Below are positions 14,354 to 27,859 of a DNA stretch of 64,000 nt, one piece after another; position 1 is the stretch's first letter, and every line of letters begins with the position of its first letter. The stretch is taken from NCBI GenBank assembly GCA_030390025.1, contig CM059425.1, positions 174,594,001-174,658,000 on the forward strand, written 5' to 3'. A program made the translations under genes and the position numbers. The DNA is from Squalus acanthias (Eukaryota). The notes beneath the pieces were generated by a model, which was not told where the DNA came from, did not search any database, and saw nothing but the letters and a program-made list of their open reading frames with translations.

Positions 14354-15624
14354 GGGGGGGAATTCTGAGCCCCAAGAACGGGTGGGTTGGGAGCAGGTAA
14401 GGCTGAAAATTTGTCATTTTTAGAGCGGGGGCACAAACCAGCTCCAACTTCTGAGTTTAACAGAGGCGTGTTTGGATGCCAACGAGAAACCTACACGCCA
14501 AAGTCGGGATTTAATAATTGGATGCGGGCGGGTACTTATTGCCGCAATTAATGTCCTTGACAATTTTTAAATTGTTTAACTTGGCTCCAAATTTTACTTG
14601 AGCAGGACGGGTTTCTTGGGGCTTGGGAGGCTGACCAGGGAAACAAAGGCGAATTTAAGCAGCAGTTCAGGTGGGTGTTTAAACTTGTCACTGTCCCATC
14701 TGAATAAATGCTCACTTATTGCAGCTGCTGTCTCAGTTCCCTCCGGCAAATGTTTGGCAGACAGTACTTGGGTGGATACAGCTTTTTTTCAAACCTTTGA
14801 GGATTTCAAATTGACAAGATCAGGATGGGAGGCACCTTGGGTGTGTTTGACAGCACATCAGAAGAGGAATATCATCACCAACCACGACGGCAATGACGTG
14901 CTGTGATGGGATCAGCACGTGCACAGGAGAGAGGTCCACAGGAGGGAGTTGAATCAGCAAATGTACTCACTTTTCCTGACCTGGTTAGGTCATTAAACCG
15001 CTTCCTACATTACATCCATGACCTGGGCACAACATTCCTGCTGCTCACCTCCTCAGCTACCTCCAACCAATGTTCCCTGTATTTTTTTTTAAGTGCACAA
15101 ACCCTTTAACTGGCTGCGTGGCCCATTCAAATTTTCGCGCATGTGCGGTTATTCCCATTGAAAAGCCGGTGAGCGGCTTGCGCGGGACCTCCAGACCGCT
15201 ACGCAGCCACATGGCCGCACAGCTTAATAGGAACGTTGCCTCCAACTATGCCTTCTGGGTCACAGCAGCAGGTTTCTTCCATTGCTGGGGAAAAGCAAGC
15301 CCCTCCTCCTCCTGACTGCACCCTGCAATAATTCCAGTGAGGCGTCATTAAATCTGGGTGCTGCCCTTTCTCTATGTCCACCATCCATAACATCTCTAAT
15401 TTCCATTTGTGCACTGTCCCTTTAAATACAGCTGAGACTGCATCATGTGGGTGCGCATCACGCCCGCTGCACAGCTAAGTCGCAATACCCGGAAGTTAAA
15501 ATTAATTTGTACAATTGAGTTGAGATCACAGATTCCGACCCACTGAGTTAACTTCCAGGTTTCCCCCACGCAATTCCATCCCACCCTCCACTCAGAAGCC
15601 ATCTTCATATTAATATCAGGTCCC
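14354..15624. mobile_element. Internally deleted Harbinger-type element retaining Myb/SANT exon 1
   Basis: G-run start and ccc end; minus strand 15388-14971 reads MDGGHRERAAPRFNDASLE...CRKRFNDLTRSGK|gtgagt, with stops and a frameshift. Confidence 0.7.
15068..15238. mobile_element. hAT-type MITE
   Basis: TIRs caatgttcc/ggaacgttg; exact 8-bp TSD cctccaac; same family at 51835-51978. Confidence 0.85.
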
Positions 15625-16269
15625 TTGTCACTTTCCACAAATCTCGAAAAGCATGATATGTTCATATCCATTGCCAATAAAAATAATTTAACCCACTCAG
15701 ACCTCAGCTGGTCCATAAAGCAGTATTAACTAGAGCAATACAATGAACCGATAGTGATATTAAAATTTACATTGCATAAGTTCACCTTGAAGCAGCCAAA
15801 ACTTGAATGCTCTGACTGTAAGATCTTACCATTTTAAGTGATTTCCTTCACACATGAAAGACAAATTAATACTGATCTGTCTTTTGCATTACAATAAACA
15901 CTAAATTATTGGCAATCCTCAATGGCATAATGAATGACAGATTCCAAAAAACTTGAACCTAATAAAGGATTATAGCAATTAATTAGTGGTTTTGAAATAT
16001 TCTGCTGAATGCAATCTTGGCTATATATAGAATGGATGACTCATTTACAAACACGAAGATGTACACACATTATCACCTGAGCACTTGTTCTGAAATGTTA
16101 ATATTGTAGGAGATTCTGATGCAATCTACTGATAATTCAGTCATTTTTTTGCCTAAAAAAATTGTTATCCAATAATCTGAATTAAGAAAAATAAGGGAAG
16201 TGCGAGTTTAATGCTTAAAAAAATCAACTAATTTGAATTAAGCAACTTTGAATTAAGAAAAATAAGTAT

Positions 16270-16950
16270 TATTTCTAGAAACAAAAGGCATCAAGGGGTA
16301 TGGGGAGAGAGCAGTAATATGGTATTGAGATAGAGGATCAGCCATGATCATATTGAATGGCAGAGCAGGCTTGAAGGGCCAAATGGCCTACTCCTGCTCC
16401 TATTTTTCTATGTTTTCATGTTTCTATTTGAGCATTTGGCCAGAAACTTTGTGGAGTGCTCATTCATATCCCTGAATAGGGTAGGAAAAGCAAACCAAAA
16501 ACCTAATTTAGAATCCTGTGCCCAGTTTTGGTCCCCTCCCATGGTGGATGATATAGAGGCCCTGAAAAATGTTCAGAGGAGGGCCACTAATGTAATACCT
16601 AATTTAAAAACCACTGGTTACCACAAAAGACTTAGATAGCTACATCTTTTTACGCTAGAAAAGTATCAATCACGTGGAGATTTGTTTAAGTATTTAAAAT
16701 AACCAAAGGACGAGACTGTCCATGTGGATAGACGATTTAAATTAGATAGGTTAGGTAGAATGAGGACATATAAGTTATATAAGCATAGAACTAAGTTAGA
16801 GGTCAGGAGGTTTTTTTTCTTTTCGCGGAGGGTCATCGATCATTGCAATACGCTGCCGGCTTGTATGGTGAGTGCAGATTCGCTGCAAGCATTCTAAAGG
16901 GAGCTGGACATGAACCTAGCAGAGGCTGGTATCGCTGCATACAAAAGTTG
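16270..16950 (+). mobile_element. CR1 3' tail followed by an older CR1 fragment
   Basis: Tail near-identical to 8155-8295; ORF PNLESCAQFWSP...VQRRAT. Confidence 0.8.
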
Positions 16951-18929
16951 GTGGGATGTTGGGTGATGTGCCTCATGGTTACTGTGGGACCCGTATTTAT
17001 CGCCTTTGGAGGGTGGAGAGGCGGGGGGGGGGGGGTCGTCGTAGAGTAATTTCCCAGAATTCTTTTTCCCCTGCTTTGGCCTAGGTATTTTTAAATCTGG
17101 TTTTTAGCTTCTCCCATTAGATTACATGGCCGCTGGTGAGTATAGAGCTTTGTTGCAACATGACTGTATTGGAAAGACTCGATGGACCAGACAGTCTTTT
17201 CCTGTCCATCAGTTTTGTATGGTTGTATGTTTCCTGTCCTGAATGCCACCCAATGATTCCTGTGGATGTGTGTAAATCAGGTGAGGAGAAGATCAAGCTC
17301 AGCTGAGATACTTCATACAGTTAAACAGCTTACCAACACCCACTACCTAAGCACAAAATAGCTTCTGCTGTGGATCAAAGAAAGAGAAACAAAGAGAACA
17401 GTCCTATGTTTGTCACACATCATCTATGGCACATTTCACATTGAAAATCAGTGTTAAATTCACTTTGAGCAATAAATCACACTCATCAATAATCTGCTGC
17501 ATGTGCAAGTCAAATATCCAGTAGTAACAATGTTTTTATATTCAATTCACGGCTTTTAAAAAAAATATATATATAGTTAACCACAAAGGAACATCAGCCT
17601 ATAGAATATAATAGAATATGAGGTAGGGTTCACCTTCTCTTCCCCATGTCTCCCTCAAGCTATTATCAATGGCCAACTCAGGTATATTGGGGCACAATAA
17701 GTGTTTGTTATACATTTTCCTAGTTTTCAAAAAAATGGGGACAATGAAATAGAACCATAGAATACAAAATAATATTGTATTATATATGGTGCTGAGAAAA
17801 ATATAAGCCATACTACTCAGAACAAAAAGAATGCAAGAAATAACTGTACATACAGCAATTTACAGTCTATATAGAATGGGGGTAATTTCCAACTTCGGGG
17901 GGGCAGAAAACTGGCAGTTGAGATAGGCCATCAATTATACACTCCACCCAATTTTTATTTCCATTAACTTCAAGTTGGTTACTTCCTCATATTAATTTCC
18001 ACCCACATCCACCTGATGCAAGCCCAGTCTCGCAGCTATGTCCTGCAGTTAGGTACTACCGAACCACTTTGAAGTTCCCCACCCAGAATACATTCTGTGC
18101 CCTGACTTCCCCCAGAGCTTCTTCCGTGATGTTCATCCATGGAGAAGTACTGATTCATCAGTTATGGGGGAGGCAGTAGGAGATAATCAGTAGGTTTCCT
18201 TTACCATTTTTGACTTGAAGCCATCAAACTTCATGGGGTCTCTCCTAGGGCCACTCCCGCCCAACTATATACTACTATGTCCACACCTCTGATGTTTTTA
18301 TCCTGCTGTTGGGACAAGAATAATGATTGAGAAGTCTGGGACATTGGCTGATAGAAATGGTTCTGCAAGTATAACTAAGTCAGGCTGTTGCTTGACTATT
18401 CTGCAGAAGAGTTTGTATAATTTAGGCGCCAATCTTTGCAGGATTGAGATTGCCTAAAGTCTGAACAAGTTCAATAACAGCACTAGTTGTTGAAACAAAC
18501 TTTGTTTGTGCCAGACCATTTGTTACAGCTACCTTTGAATGGTTCAGCTCTTAATCCGGGGAATGAAGCACAAGCAGGAAAATAAACTCCGTCCACAACA
18601 GTGAAATATTACAGCACCTCCACAATTCTCAGCCCACTCATGAGATATATGAGAATTCTGGTCCTACTCTGTCATCCCTAGTCATCAAAAACTCACATTC
18701 TTGAATTACTATACATTAAGATTCCACAGTAGTGCATAGTTTTTCTCTGTTGGTGACTTTGAGATTTCAACAGTTCTCCTTGTATGCGAGTGTGGGGCCG
18801 GGGTGGAGGGGTTGTGTCACGGGAAAACAACTGTGAATTCTGTATCTTTGCATTCCACTGTTAAGTATGTATATATTATCCCAGTTGTTTGATCGTTTTA
18901 CGTTGACTCTCGATTCTGTTTTCTTTATT

Positions 18930-20340
18930 TAATGGCCTTATCTACTTGTGTTGTCACCTTCAATAACCTGTGTATCAGCACACCAAGGTCCCTCTGCTCC
19001 TCCACTATTCAAAATGATACCATTAAAAGGTGTATTTCCTTTCCTTTGCCAAATTCTATCTGCGCATCGCATCTGCCACCTACCTGCCCATGCTGCTAGC
19101 CTACGTCCTGCAGTTTTTCCACAATCCTCGTCACAGTTGCCTCACCCGACCCTCCACAATTTGATATCATAAGTAGATTCCAATACTGTTCCCTCAATTT
19201 CCAAGTCCAGATCATTAATATTTATGGCAAATAAAAACAGCTGAAACACGGACTCCTGTGGAACATCACTCACGACATCTCTCTATTGAGAAACTTTCTT
19301 TTACCCCGCCCTTGGCTTTCTGCCCTCCAACTACGTGGTCACACTTCCATTAATTCCAGGTACCATTAACTTTGACATCATCTGTAAAGATGACCTGTCT
19401 TTTAGAAATACATATGGACTGGCCCTAAAGACCTCACGTTTCTCCAATGGTTAGTAAATTCATCCCATATTATACACTCTCATATTTTACCAGAACTGAA
19501 ATAAGACTAACTGGCCCATAACTTCCTGACTTATCGATGTCTACTTTTTTTGAAGAGGGATGTTAAATTTGGCAGACTCCAGTCCTCTGGCACAATTTTC
19601 CTTTCCAAACAATTTTGGAAAATTACAGTCAGATTCTCTACTATTTCTTCCCTACCTTCCCTCAGGATCCTCAATTGTAAACCATAAGGCTCCAGTGATT
19701 TGCCTACCTTAAGTTTGAGTACCTTTAGTACCATTTCTCTTTGAATAGTAATCTCCACACCTCTGCTGTTTCTACAATCCCAATATCTATCGCCTCTGAA
19801 AACTTAAACCAAGTACAGGAAACTTTCGTTTATCCGGCACCCAAATATCCGGAATTCTCGCTTAACCGGCAAAAATCAGGTAAGTTTTATTGTACAGACA
19901 AGACCCCGATTCTGACCTTTCGCCCCCACGAAAGGGGGGTCAACGTTCTTCCGACTCGGACCCGTCACGGCCACGGAGGAAAAAGCCGGAGTCTCGTTTA
20001 CTTTCCCTCTCCGGGTCCCAATTGTTAAGCCTGTGGCCGTGTACGGGGCTCTCGTACCTTGGTAAGTATAGCTCTCTGTAATCCGGCACTTTCGATCAAC
20101 CGGCACCACGCCGGTCCCGTCGGTGCCGGATAAACGAAAGTTTCCTGTACTTAGTTAGTATTTCTGCCTTTCCCTCACTCTCCATTATCAGTTTGCGTCC
20201 CTCACTTAGCAGCCCACCACTACCCTGATTAGTGAAAACATTTTTACGATCCTTTATATTTTTTTGCTCATTTTCACTCATACTTGCTCTTAGCCTTTCT
20301 AATCTCGCTTTGTGCCATCTCCCTTATTGTGATATAATTT
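18930..20340 (-). mobile_element. Old CR1 ORF2 fragment
   Basis: ORF 19531-19758 (KLKVGKSLEPYGLQLRIL...VPEDW) matches CR1 ORF2. Confidence 0.7.
19816..20147. mobile_element. Tc1/mariner (Tigger-like) MITE
   Basis: Perfect 26-bp TIR caggaaactttcgtttatccggcacc, flanked by TA on both sides. Confidence 0.9.
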
Positions 20341-20409
20341 TAACCCTTCAAAATGCTACACACTCCAAACGACAAAAAGACTATTTGATAATTAAATTGG
20401 CATTTTATG

Positions 20410-20845
20410 TAACGAGTGGTTAGGATTTGGAATGCACTGCCTGATAGGGTGGTGAATACAGATTCAATAGTAGCCTTCAAAAGGGAATTGGGTAAACACT
20501 CTTTTCGAAGAGCAATCCAGTTCGTCCCACTCCTCCGTTCTTTCCCTATTGCAATTTTTTCTCCTTCAAGTATTTATCCAATTCCCTTTTGAAGGCTACT
20601 ATTGAAGCTGTGTCCACCACCCTATCAGGCAGTGCATTCCAAATTCTAACCACTCATTGCGTAAAAATGATTTCCCTCATGTCGCCTCTGGTTCTTTAGC
20701 CAATCACCTTAAATCTATGCCCTCTGGTTATCGACCCTTCAGCCATTGGAAACAGTTTCTCTTTATTTACTCTATCTAAACCCTTCATAATTTTAAACAC
20801 CTCTATCAAATCTCCTCTTAGCCTTCACTGCTCTAAGGAGAACAT
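20410..20845. mobile_element. Two CR1 3' fragments in opposite orientation
   Basis: 20410-20500 (+) is the reverse complement of ~20570-20665, which lies in a minus-strand CR1 piece. Confidence 0.8.
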
Positions 20846-20905
20846 ATACTTAAAAAAGTCTTGTGTATAGCACGCAACTTCCTGTCCATACTCGTCAACA
20901 CTTAC

Positions 20906-21004
20906 TTTCTGTACATATTTAAGTAAGCTTCTTTGGGAAAATATTCTGCCCTCTGCTGCAACTACTACCATTTTGACAGCCACAACCAACAACAGCAGAA
21001 GCAT
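20906..21004 (-). CDS. Candidate first coding segment of an unidentified host gene (signal-peptide-like)
   Basis: First ATG after an in-frame stop gives MLLLLLVVAVKMVVVAAEGRIFSQRSLLKYVQK, ending at a phase-0 |gtaagt donor; pyrimidine-rich acceptor near 21207-21240. Could instead be a 5' UTR exon. Confidence 0.3.
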
Positions 21005-22666
21005 TAAACTAATTAAGAGACCAACACAACGAACCAGTCAATCCTCGACAGAGCTCCAACCGCTGACTGAGTCGATGGTGATCTTCAAGCTCCATCTGGC
21101 TCTTGATGCCACTAGCTCTCTTGGAGTAGCCAATATGTGAGTTTTCTTTCGTGAGATAACCACAAATTCTGACAAAATAACATCCCACGCAAAACAGAAT
21201 CACCACCTTGTCTCAATGAAACAAAACAGTAACAGAGAAAGCATAGTCAGAGTAGGGAACTTAGTTATCAGCTGCACCAGATTACTGTAGTACCGCTCTG
21301 TCTTGAATGCCAATACTTGAGATTGTACATCTCTTTGAAACAGTGGAGCAATTGTCTGTTAAATGCCTAACCACTATCTCTCCACTTGTGACAAGCTTTA
21401 CCTACCCTCTGCTGTACTTTCAGATCTTAACATCAACAAGTGAGAATTACACAATGCTCCTTTTGTTATCCTTCTCTATTTATATTGCACATCCATGTCA
21501 AAGACACAAATAACCATCAGTCACCAACATATCTCTCAGTGCACTTTTAATATTTGGATAGAGCACTATATAATTTCTCTATGTTTTTTCCATTCCCACC
21601 TTACACCAATGTAAATCCCTATATTTATGCGATGATTCACCAAATTAAATCTTGCCAGCAAAATCCATATTTTTTTCTTCAAAATCAGCACACAAATCAA
21701 AAGGAATTTGAATGATATATCTATCGGGGCAATTCCACAATCCCACACGCCCAATAGGGAGCTGCCCCATTGAGCATGAATCAGAGATAGTACTACAACA
21801 CTGTAACCCTGATTCTCCAACCAGCACTGCCTGCGAGCATAGACAGTCACTGAAAGCTTGGGACCACTGAATAACCCTTATATCTCCTTAACCAATTTAT
21901 AGGGTGGAGTGCTTGGAATAATGTTCCTGCTCTTATAAGACGGTATATTCTGCCTTACAGTGAGCAATGCCTTGGGAGATCTAAGAGTATATACATTTAA
22001 TAAATTCAGACCACTATTTCCATCTGAAGCATCAATGAGGCCTCCTCACCCAAGATAAATCTGAGATTATGAATCTTACTAAACGAGAAGGAACAAACAT
22101 GCTTTAAGGTCATACTTCAAACACAATAAACACTTCGGCTAGTATAATTTTCTTTGAAAGTCACTATCAGGCTATCTGATTAACAGTTGAGTTCTTTGAT
22201 GTTTTAACTGGGCAAGATAGTAATTGATGTATGATGGTTCTCCAACATTCTATGATACATAGTGGTACTACACCTACGACTTCTCACAAAACTAGGTTTG
22301 ATCGCACCAAAAAGGATGTGGTGAACAGAAGCCAGGTGCTCCAATAACAGGGAAAGAAAGTCTACTGGGCCACTTGTCCAAACTGTTTTCATAAAGCTCC
22401 TAATCACTAACTGCAGGGCAGCAGAAGAGGTCTGGCAACAGATTGTCTGTCTGTAACCTTTTAGTGGCAAATGGATGGTGGCATTGGGTGACCAAGAAAT
22501 AAAGAAGAAAAAGACAAATAAGCGTTTAAGTACATTTTTAAAGGAGCTAAATTAAATTCCAAATGTGAGTGTGTGAGAGAGAGAGAGAGAGAGAGAGATA
22601 TATAGTTATTTTTTTAAAAAAACATTGTTTGTACAAAAACTATAATGATTAATTTAATGAATAGTA

Positions 22667-23081
22667 GGGTAGAAATTACTGTCAACTACATTATGTATAA
22701 ACACAATTATGCTCACGCCAAATCCTTTTCTCTACTTAAATAGAAACGTTAACCGATTAAACAAACGGAGAGAGGAATTTGAGGCTAAATTCAGCAAGTT
22801 CATAGTCCTGCATAGAGCCTCGTTTGAGCATAGATCAGAGAACTGGGCACACTAGTCAGAGTACCCAATTTGTGCCCATCCTAATTTTCTAGATCATCAA
22901 TATTAATTACTGGAAACTACGAGCTCTGTGAATTAGGTGCACTAACCTACACACCAGATTCTCCGATCCATGTTCCAACTGAGCAAACATTTCCACAGGG
23001 CATGAAGCCCATTAAATTTACTCTTTGGTGCAAGTCCATCAAGCATTAATATGATAACATTGGCAACAGTAATTTCTACCA
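22667..23081. mobile_element. Harbinger-like MITE
   Basis: 15-bp perfect inverted repeat ggtagaaattactgt/acagtaatttctacc, similar to the TIR at 35930-35943. Confidence 0.65.
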
Positions 23082-25459
23082 CATTTTGTTACCCAAATTA
23101 TATGTTAATTATTTTACCCAGACAGGGAAAATTAACTGCCGGCCAATATAAATTGAATGTTTTCTGTTGCTAAAATATTGCACTAGTAATTGCCCATGCT
23201 CAACCAGGTGAGGCACTAACTACATATTAAATCAATAACCAATCTTTGCACTTACTGGTTCTCTAACATTGTAAAGAATTCCTAATCCAATGTAATTCAT
23301 TCCTAATTGATATAATTCTCAAATGATACAATAATTTATTCCTAAATTTAAGATGTGCCTCCAGACTCTGACATATTACATATAGTACTAATATTGCTAC
23401 ATACTACTAATATTACTGTATGGTACAAATAGTATTATTTTCACTAAATGTAAGCAGTGAAAAATTAATAGCAGCATGACATATTACATATAGTACCAAT
23501 GACATGTTCCAAGCATACAAATAATCATAGTAGTTGAAAAGAACCATTATGTCACAGCGATTATAACGTGTATCTCTTTCATATAATTTGCTTTTCAGTG
23601 TCCCGAGATTCAGAAGCAATTCCTGACATTTGTCAATAGTATCACAGTAATAGTAATAAACTGGTAATAACTAACATCTTGTTTCAGCTGGTACCCAGAT
23701 TGACTCCAGTAGCCTTACTCCAGCTAATACCATGAAGTCTGCATTTACACTGCTACATTGTGAATTCTAATGGCACAGGTATGGAACAGGGTCATCACCA
23801 TGGTAACTCAAAGTTACCACACTGGTATATTCTGTTGCCTGGAGACACGTGAGAGAGATCAACTAGCTTGATCATATCTCAGACCAGGTACTTGATTACC
23901 TCTACTGGTACGGATATCATACCAACATACTTGCATGAAATCCATTTCCAGAGGGATGGGTTGTCTTTTCATATGTATCTGTATTTTAACAGTATTGGAA
24001 GACTTTGCCCCACAAATCAGTTCAGTGCAAACATGGCAGTGCAAATAAGGTAATCATTATCCAGCAGTCTTCTTGCTGCAATGTTGAAAGTAATCAATTT
24101 AAGTCATAGAGATGTCATTGTTGTCAGTCTGTACAATGCACAACTTGGAAACCAACATTGTTGAAAACAGCAGATGAAAAGATATGGTAGGTAAAAAGAA
24201 TAAAATTAATAAATTCTTCTCCTTAGGCAGTCCCTCGGAACCGAGGATGATGAATAAATTAATGCAAAGTATGGACACCAGTCACTGGTCAAGGCCGACT
24301 GCTAACAAATTTGCCTTGGATTTCAAGTCCTTAACTATGGATGTAAACTCTGTCCTTAACAGACAAATATTTTATTCCAGATCCAGCTCCACAGTGAACA
24401 AAAAGAGAACACAACAATAGTTTAAATCTTAGTTCAGAAAATCTAACACAGGCGAGTCCTTAAATATAAATACTATTACATCAAAGACAGCTAACCACCT
24501 CCTAGCATGTCCTTGGATCGCCAGTAAAGGGAGAGTGGATGTTATAAAAGAATCATAGCAAGAAAGAATTTAACAAAAATAAATAAATCATCAAACTGTA
24601 CACATTAATATGTCAGAGTAAATCAGCAGGTGCCTTGATGGCTGGACTAGGATCAACTTACTTTTATTCCTTGTTGCTGGGTAGTTAGGGTAAGCTTGGT
24701 CTCATCTAAAAGCAAAACTTCGCAATAAAATTCTTCCTGTGCAGCGCAGAAGCAACCCATCGCTGCATTGAAACGAGAAGTCGAGATTAAAGCAGATATA
24801 AAGTCAAATGTGTAACGCAGCCGAGTGTCCGTGAAAAATCTGTCGAGTTTGAAATCTGGTTAATCAAGCAAGGGGGGATGCCGTTGCACAGTGCCACTTA
24901 CTCATACCTAGATAAATGAAAATGTACCCGCTGGTAACATGTAACATCACCTCCGGAACCCCATCCCTTTTCTGATGAAACAGTCGTAAGATATACAATG
25001 CAAACGGTTATATCCTTTAAATAAAATGTCGCAGAAATAATCCCGTCGATCAGACAAGTTCAGCGAGCTGGTTCCTGGAGGTGGAATCTGAAAGAGGAAC
25101 AAAAGCGGCCTTTAATTAAATAACGCACTTTACATATCGCACGTATAGTACTACTAAGCTTTCGTAAATATTACTAAAGACCAAAAACAAATAATGATCC
25201 ATTTCCGGGTCTTTTTATATTTAGACTTATTACCGTATTGATCATTTTATGGAAAATTGTGTAATTGTCTGAATTTATGACTGAGCCACGATCCTTCACA
25301 CGCCTCTCTTCACAATAGCAAAGGTGCAAATGTAACGTTTGCTCAAGTGAAAAAGAAATCAGCCAAATTTATATATGCACCAGTTATAAATACCAACTGT
25401 TAATAGGCTATTTAAAATCGCTAAGTTTAAAAAAAGCACTATTATGGGACGTTAGCGAC

Positions 25460-26070
25460 TAACCTGCCCGGGAGAGGAGAGAGGGGAGGGGTGCTCGCTC
25501 CTCTCACAATGCTGCCCCGGACACAGGAGAAAGATCATTCACCGCAAACAGAGGATGTGCAGCCTGTCTCTGCCCAAACAGCCCCACACAAAGTTACATT
25601 GTTCACCATAACCTCACCTGCCACTTTCTGCAGTACAAATGCGGCGTTACACAAACCAACAGCAACGGGAGAATTGGCTGGCAATCGCCGCCCGGGGTGT
25701 GAAGCCAAGAGCAGCGAACATGCCGGACTGGGTCGGGGAGCTGGAGCCGGAGCCGGAGCCGGAGCCGGCGGGATGTCAGGAGCCGCTCTCTCTCTCTCTC
25801 TCTCTCACACTTTTCACATGTTTCCAGACGCACTCCCTCTCTGTAAACGGTCACTCTTACCCGAGCCCGTCCCCTCTCCTCCTCCTTCCTCCTCCTGCTG
25901 CTGCTGGCTCCCTTCGCCCTGCCCGCCCTTTCTCCCTGACTGACACCAGACCCCGACTCCCTCTCCGGCGCTGCTCCGGTAACCGAGGAAACGCCGCCGC
26001 CCCTTCACCTTTCACCTTTCACCCACAGCGGGAGAGCTCGAGCGCCACCTTGCACCCTGGAACTCGTAGT
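25460..26070 (-). promoter_or_regulatory. CpG-island promoter and first exon(s) of a minus-strand gene
   Basis: Non-repeat GC/CpG-rich block; donors GG|gtaaga (exon end 25861) and CAG|gtgagg (exon end 25618); GC box gggcgg; (GGAGCC)n and (CT)n tracts. Confidence 0.7.
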
Positions 26071-26384
26071 CTTTGTTAGACAAAAAGCTATGGCTGACTA
26101 TCAGCAACCAATTATCTATCTCTAGATTATTTTAATTACATAATGAAGTATGTGTAGCATAGGTGTTGGCCCAGTCCACTGCAGATGCCACACTTTGTCA
26201 CAGATGCAAAACAATCTTTCACAAGGGAAAGGCGGTCATTTAAGGTTGGGTGCTTCTGACCTGGAGCGTGAAACTGTCAAGCATTTCTTTGAATCTTCAC
26301 AGTTCCCTCACCAAGCAATAATTACATTCTGATTGATGTGAAGCAGTATTTTCTTAACATTTAGACTTTGTGACCTGCATATCT

Positions 26385-27575
26385 GTAATTTATCTAGATT
26401 TTCAAAAGGCCTTCGATAAGGTACCCCATAATAGACTGATGAACAAGGTCAGAGAATGCAGAGTCGGGGACAAGTAGCAGAATGGATAGCTAGCTGGCTT
26501 GAAGACAGAAAGATGAGAGATGGGGTAAAAAGTAGCTACTCACAGTGGCAGTAGATGGGTAGTAGTGTTCCACAAGGGTCAGTGCTGAGACCACTGTTGT
26601 TCACAATATATTAACGATTTAGATTTTGGAATCAAAAACACAATTTCTAAATTTGTGGATCACACCAAATTGGGGGGTGGGGTAGTCAATACTGAGAAGG
26701 ACAACAACAAATTACAGGAGGACATTAATAAACTTGCAGAATGGGCATATAATTGGCAAATGAAGTTCAACACAGATAAATGTGAGGTATTACATTTTGG
26801 TAGGAAGAATAGGGAGCTCACTTATTACTTGAAGGGTGCGAGTCTAGGTGGGGTAGAGGAACAAAGGGATCTCGGAGTACAACTACACAAATCACTAAAA
26901 GTTGCTACACAGGTTAGCAAGGCCATAAAAAAAGCAAACCAAGCATTAGGATTTATTTCTAGAGGTATAGAATTGAAAAGTAAGGAAATTATGCTAAACC
27001 TCTTTCGAACCTTGGTTAGACCACACTTAAGAGTACTGCGTACAGTTCTGGTCGCCATATTATAAAAAGGATATAGAGGCACTGGAGAGGGTGCAGAGAA
27101 GATTTACAAGGATGATACCAGAAATGCGAGGAAAAGGATGAACAGGCTGGGTCTCTTTTCTCTTGAAAAAAGAAGGCTGAGGGGTTACCTAATAGAGGTC
27201 TTTAAAATTATGAAAGGTTTTGATAGAGTGGATACAGAGAGAATGTTTCCACTTGTGGGGAAGAGCATAACTAGATGCCATCAATATAAGATAGTCACCA
27301 AGAAATCCAATAGGGAATTCAGAAGAAACTTCTTTACCAAAAGAGTGGTGAGAATGTGGAACTCGCTACCACAGGGAGTGGTTGAAGCGAATAGTATAGA
27401 TGCATTTAAGGGGAGGCTGGACAAGCATATGAGGGAGAAGGGAATAGAGGGTTATGCTGATAGATTTAGATGAGGAAAGACAGGAGGAGGCACGAGTAGA
27501 GTATAAACGCTGGCATGGACTGGTTGGGCAGAATGGCCTGTTTCTGTGCCGTATATCCTATGTAATCCTATGTAA
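26385..27575 (+). mobile_element. CR1 RT to 3' end fragment
   Basis: [21 protein letters not shown] start, LQEDINKLAEWA, LFSLEKRRLRG; (atcctatgta) tail. Confidence 0.95.
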
Positions 27576-27859
27576 TACTGGCCAACCTAAAAAACAAGCA
27601 AAAATTAACCAACAGCTTCTAAGAAGCTGACAACTCAAGAACAGGTCTCATTATAAGCCTTTGACGTATGAGAACAAGAAGATACATAGGCTTTGTAACA
27701 ACCTACCAACATAATTTATACCCAGTGTTCCTTCATTTGTATTGAAGAAAATCAAACATAAGCACATCAACATTTGAAGGGGGAAATCTCAATGTTGAAA
27801 ACAAAATTGGTGATGCATTTCTACAGTGGTCCAGGATATGCTGTCCCGAAACTTTTAAG

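Noticed and set aside
25491..26079. Plus-strand ORFs over the CpG island
   Set aside because: They include microsatellite translations, and the splice signals favour the minus strand.
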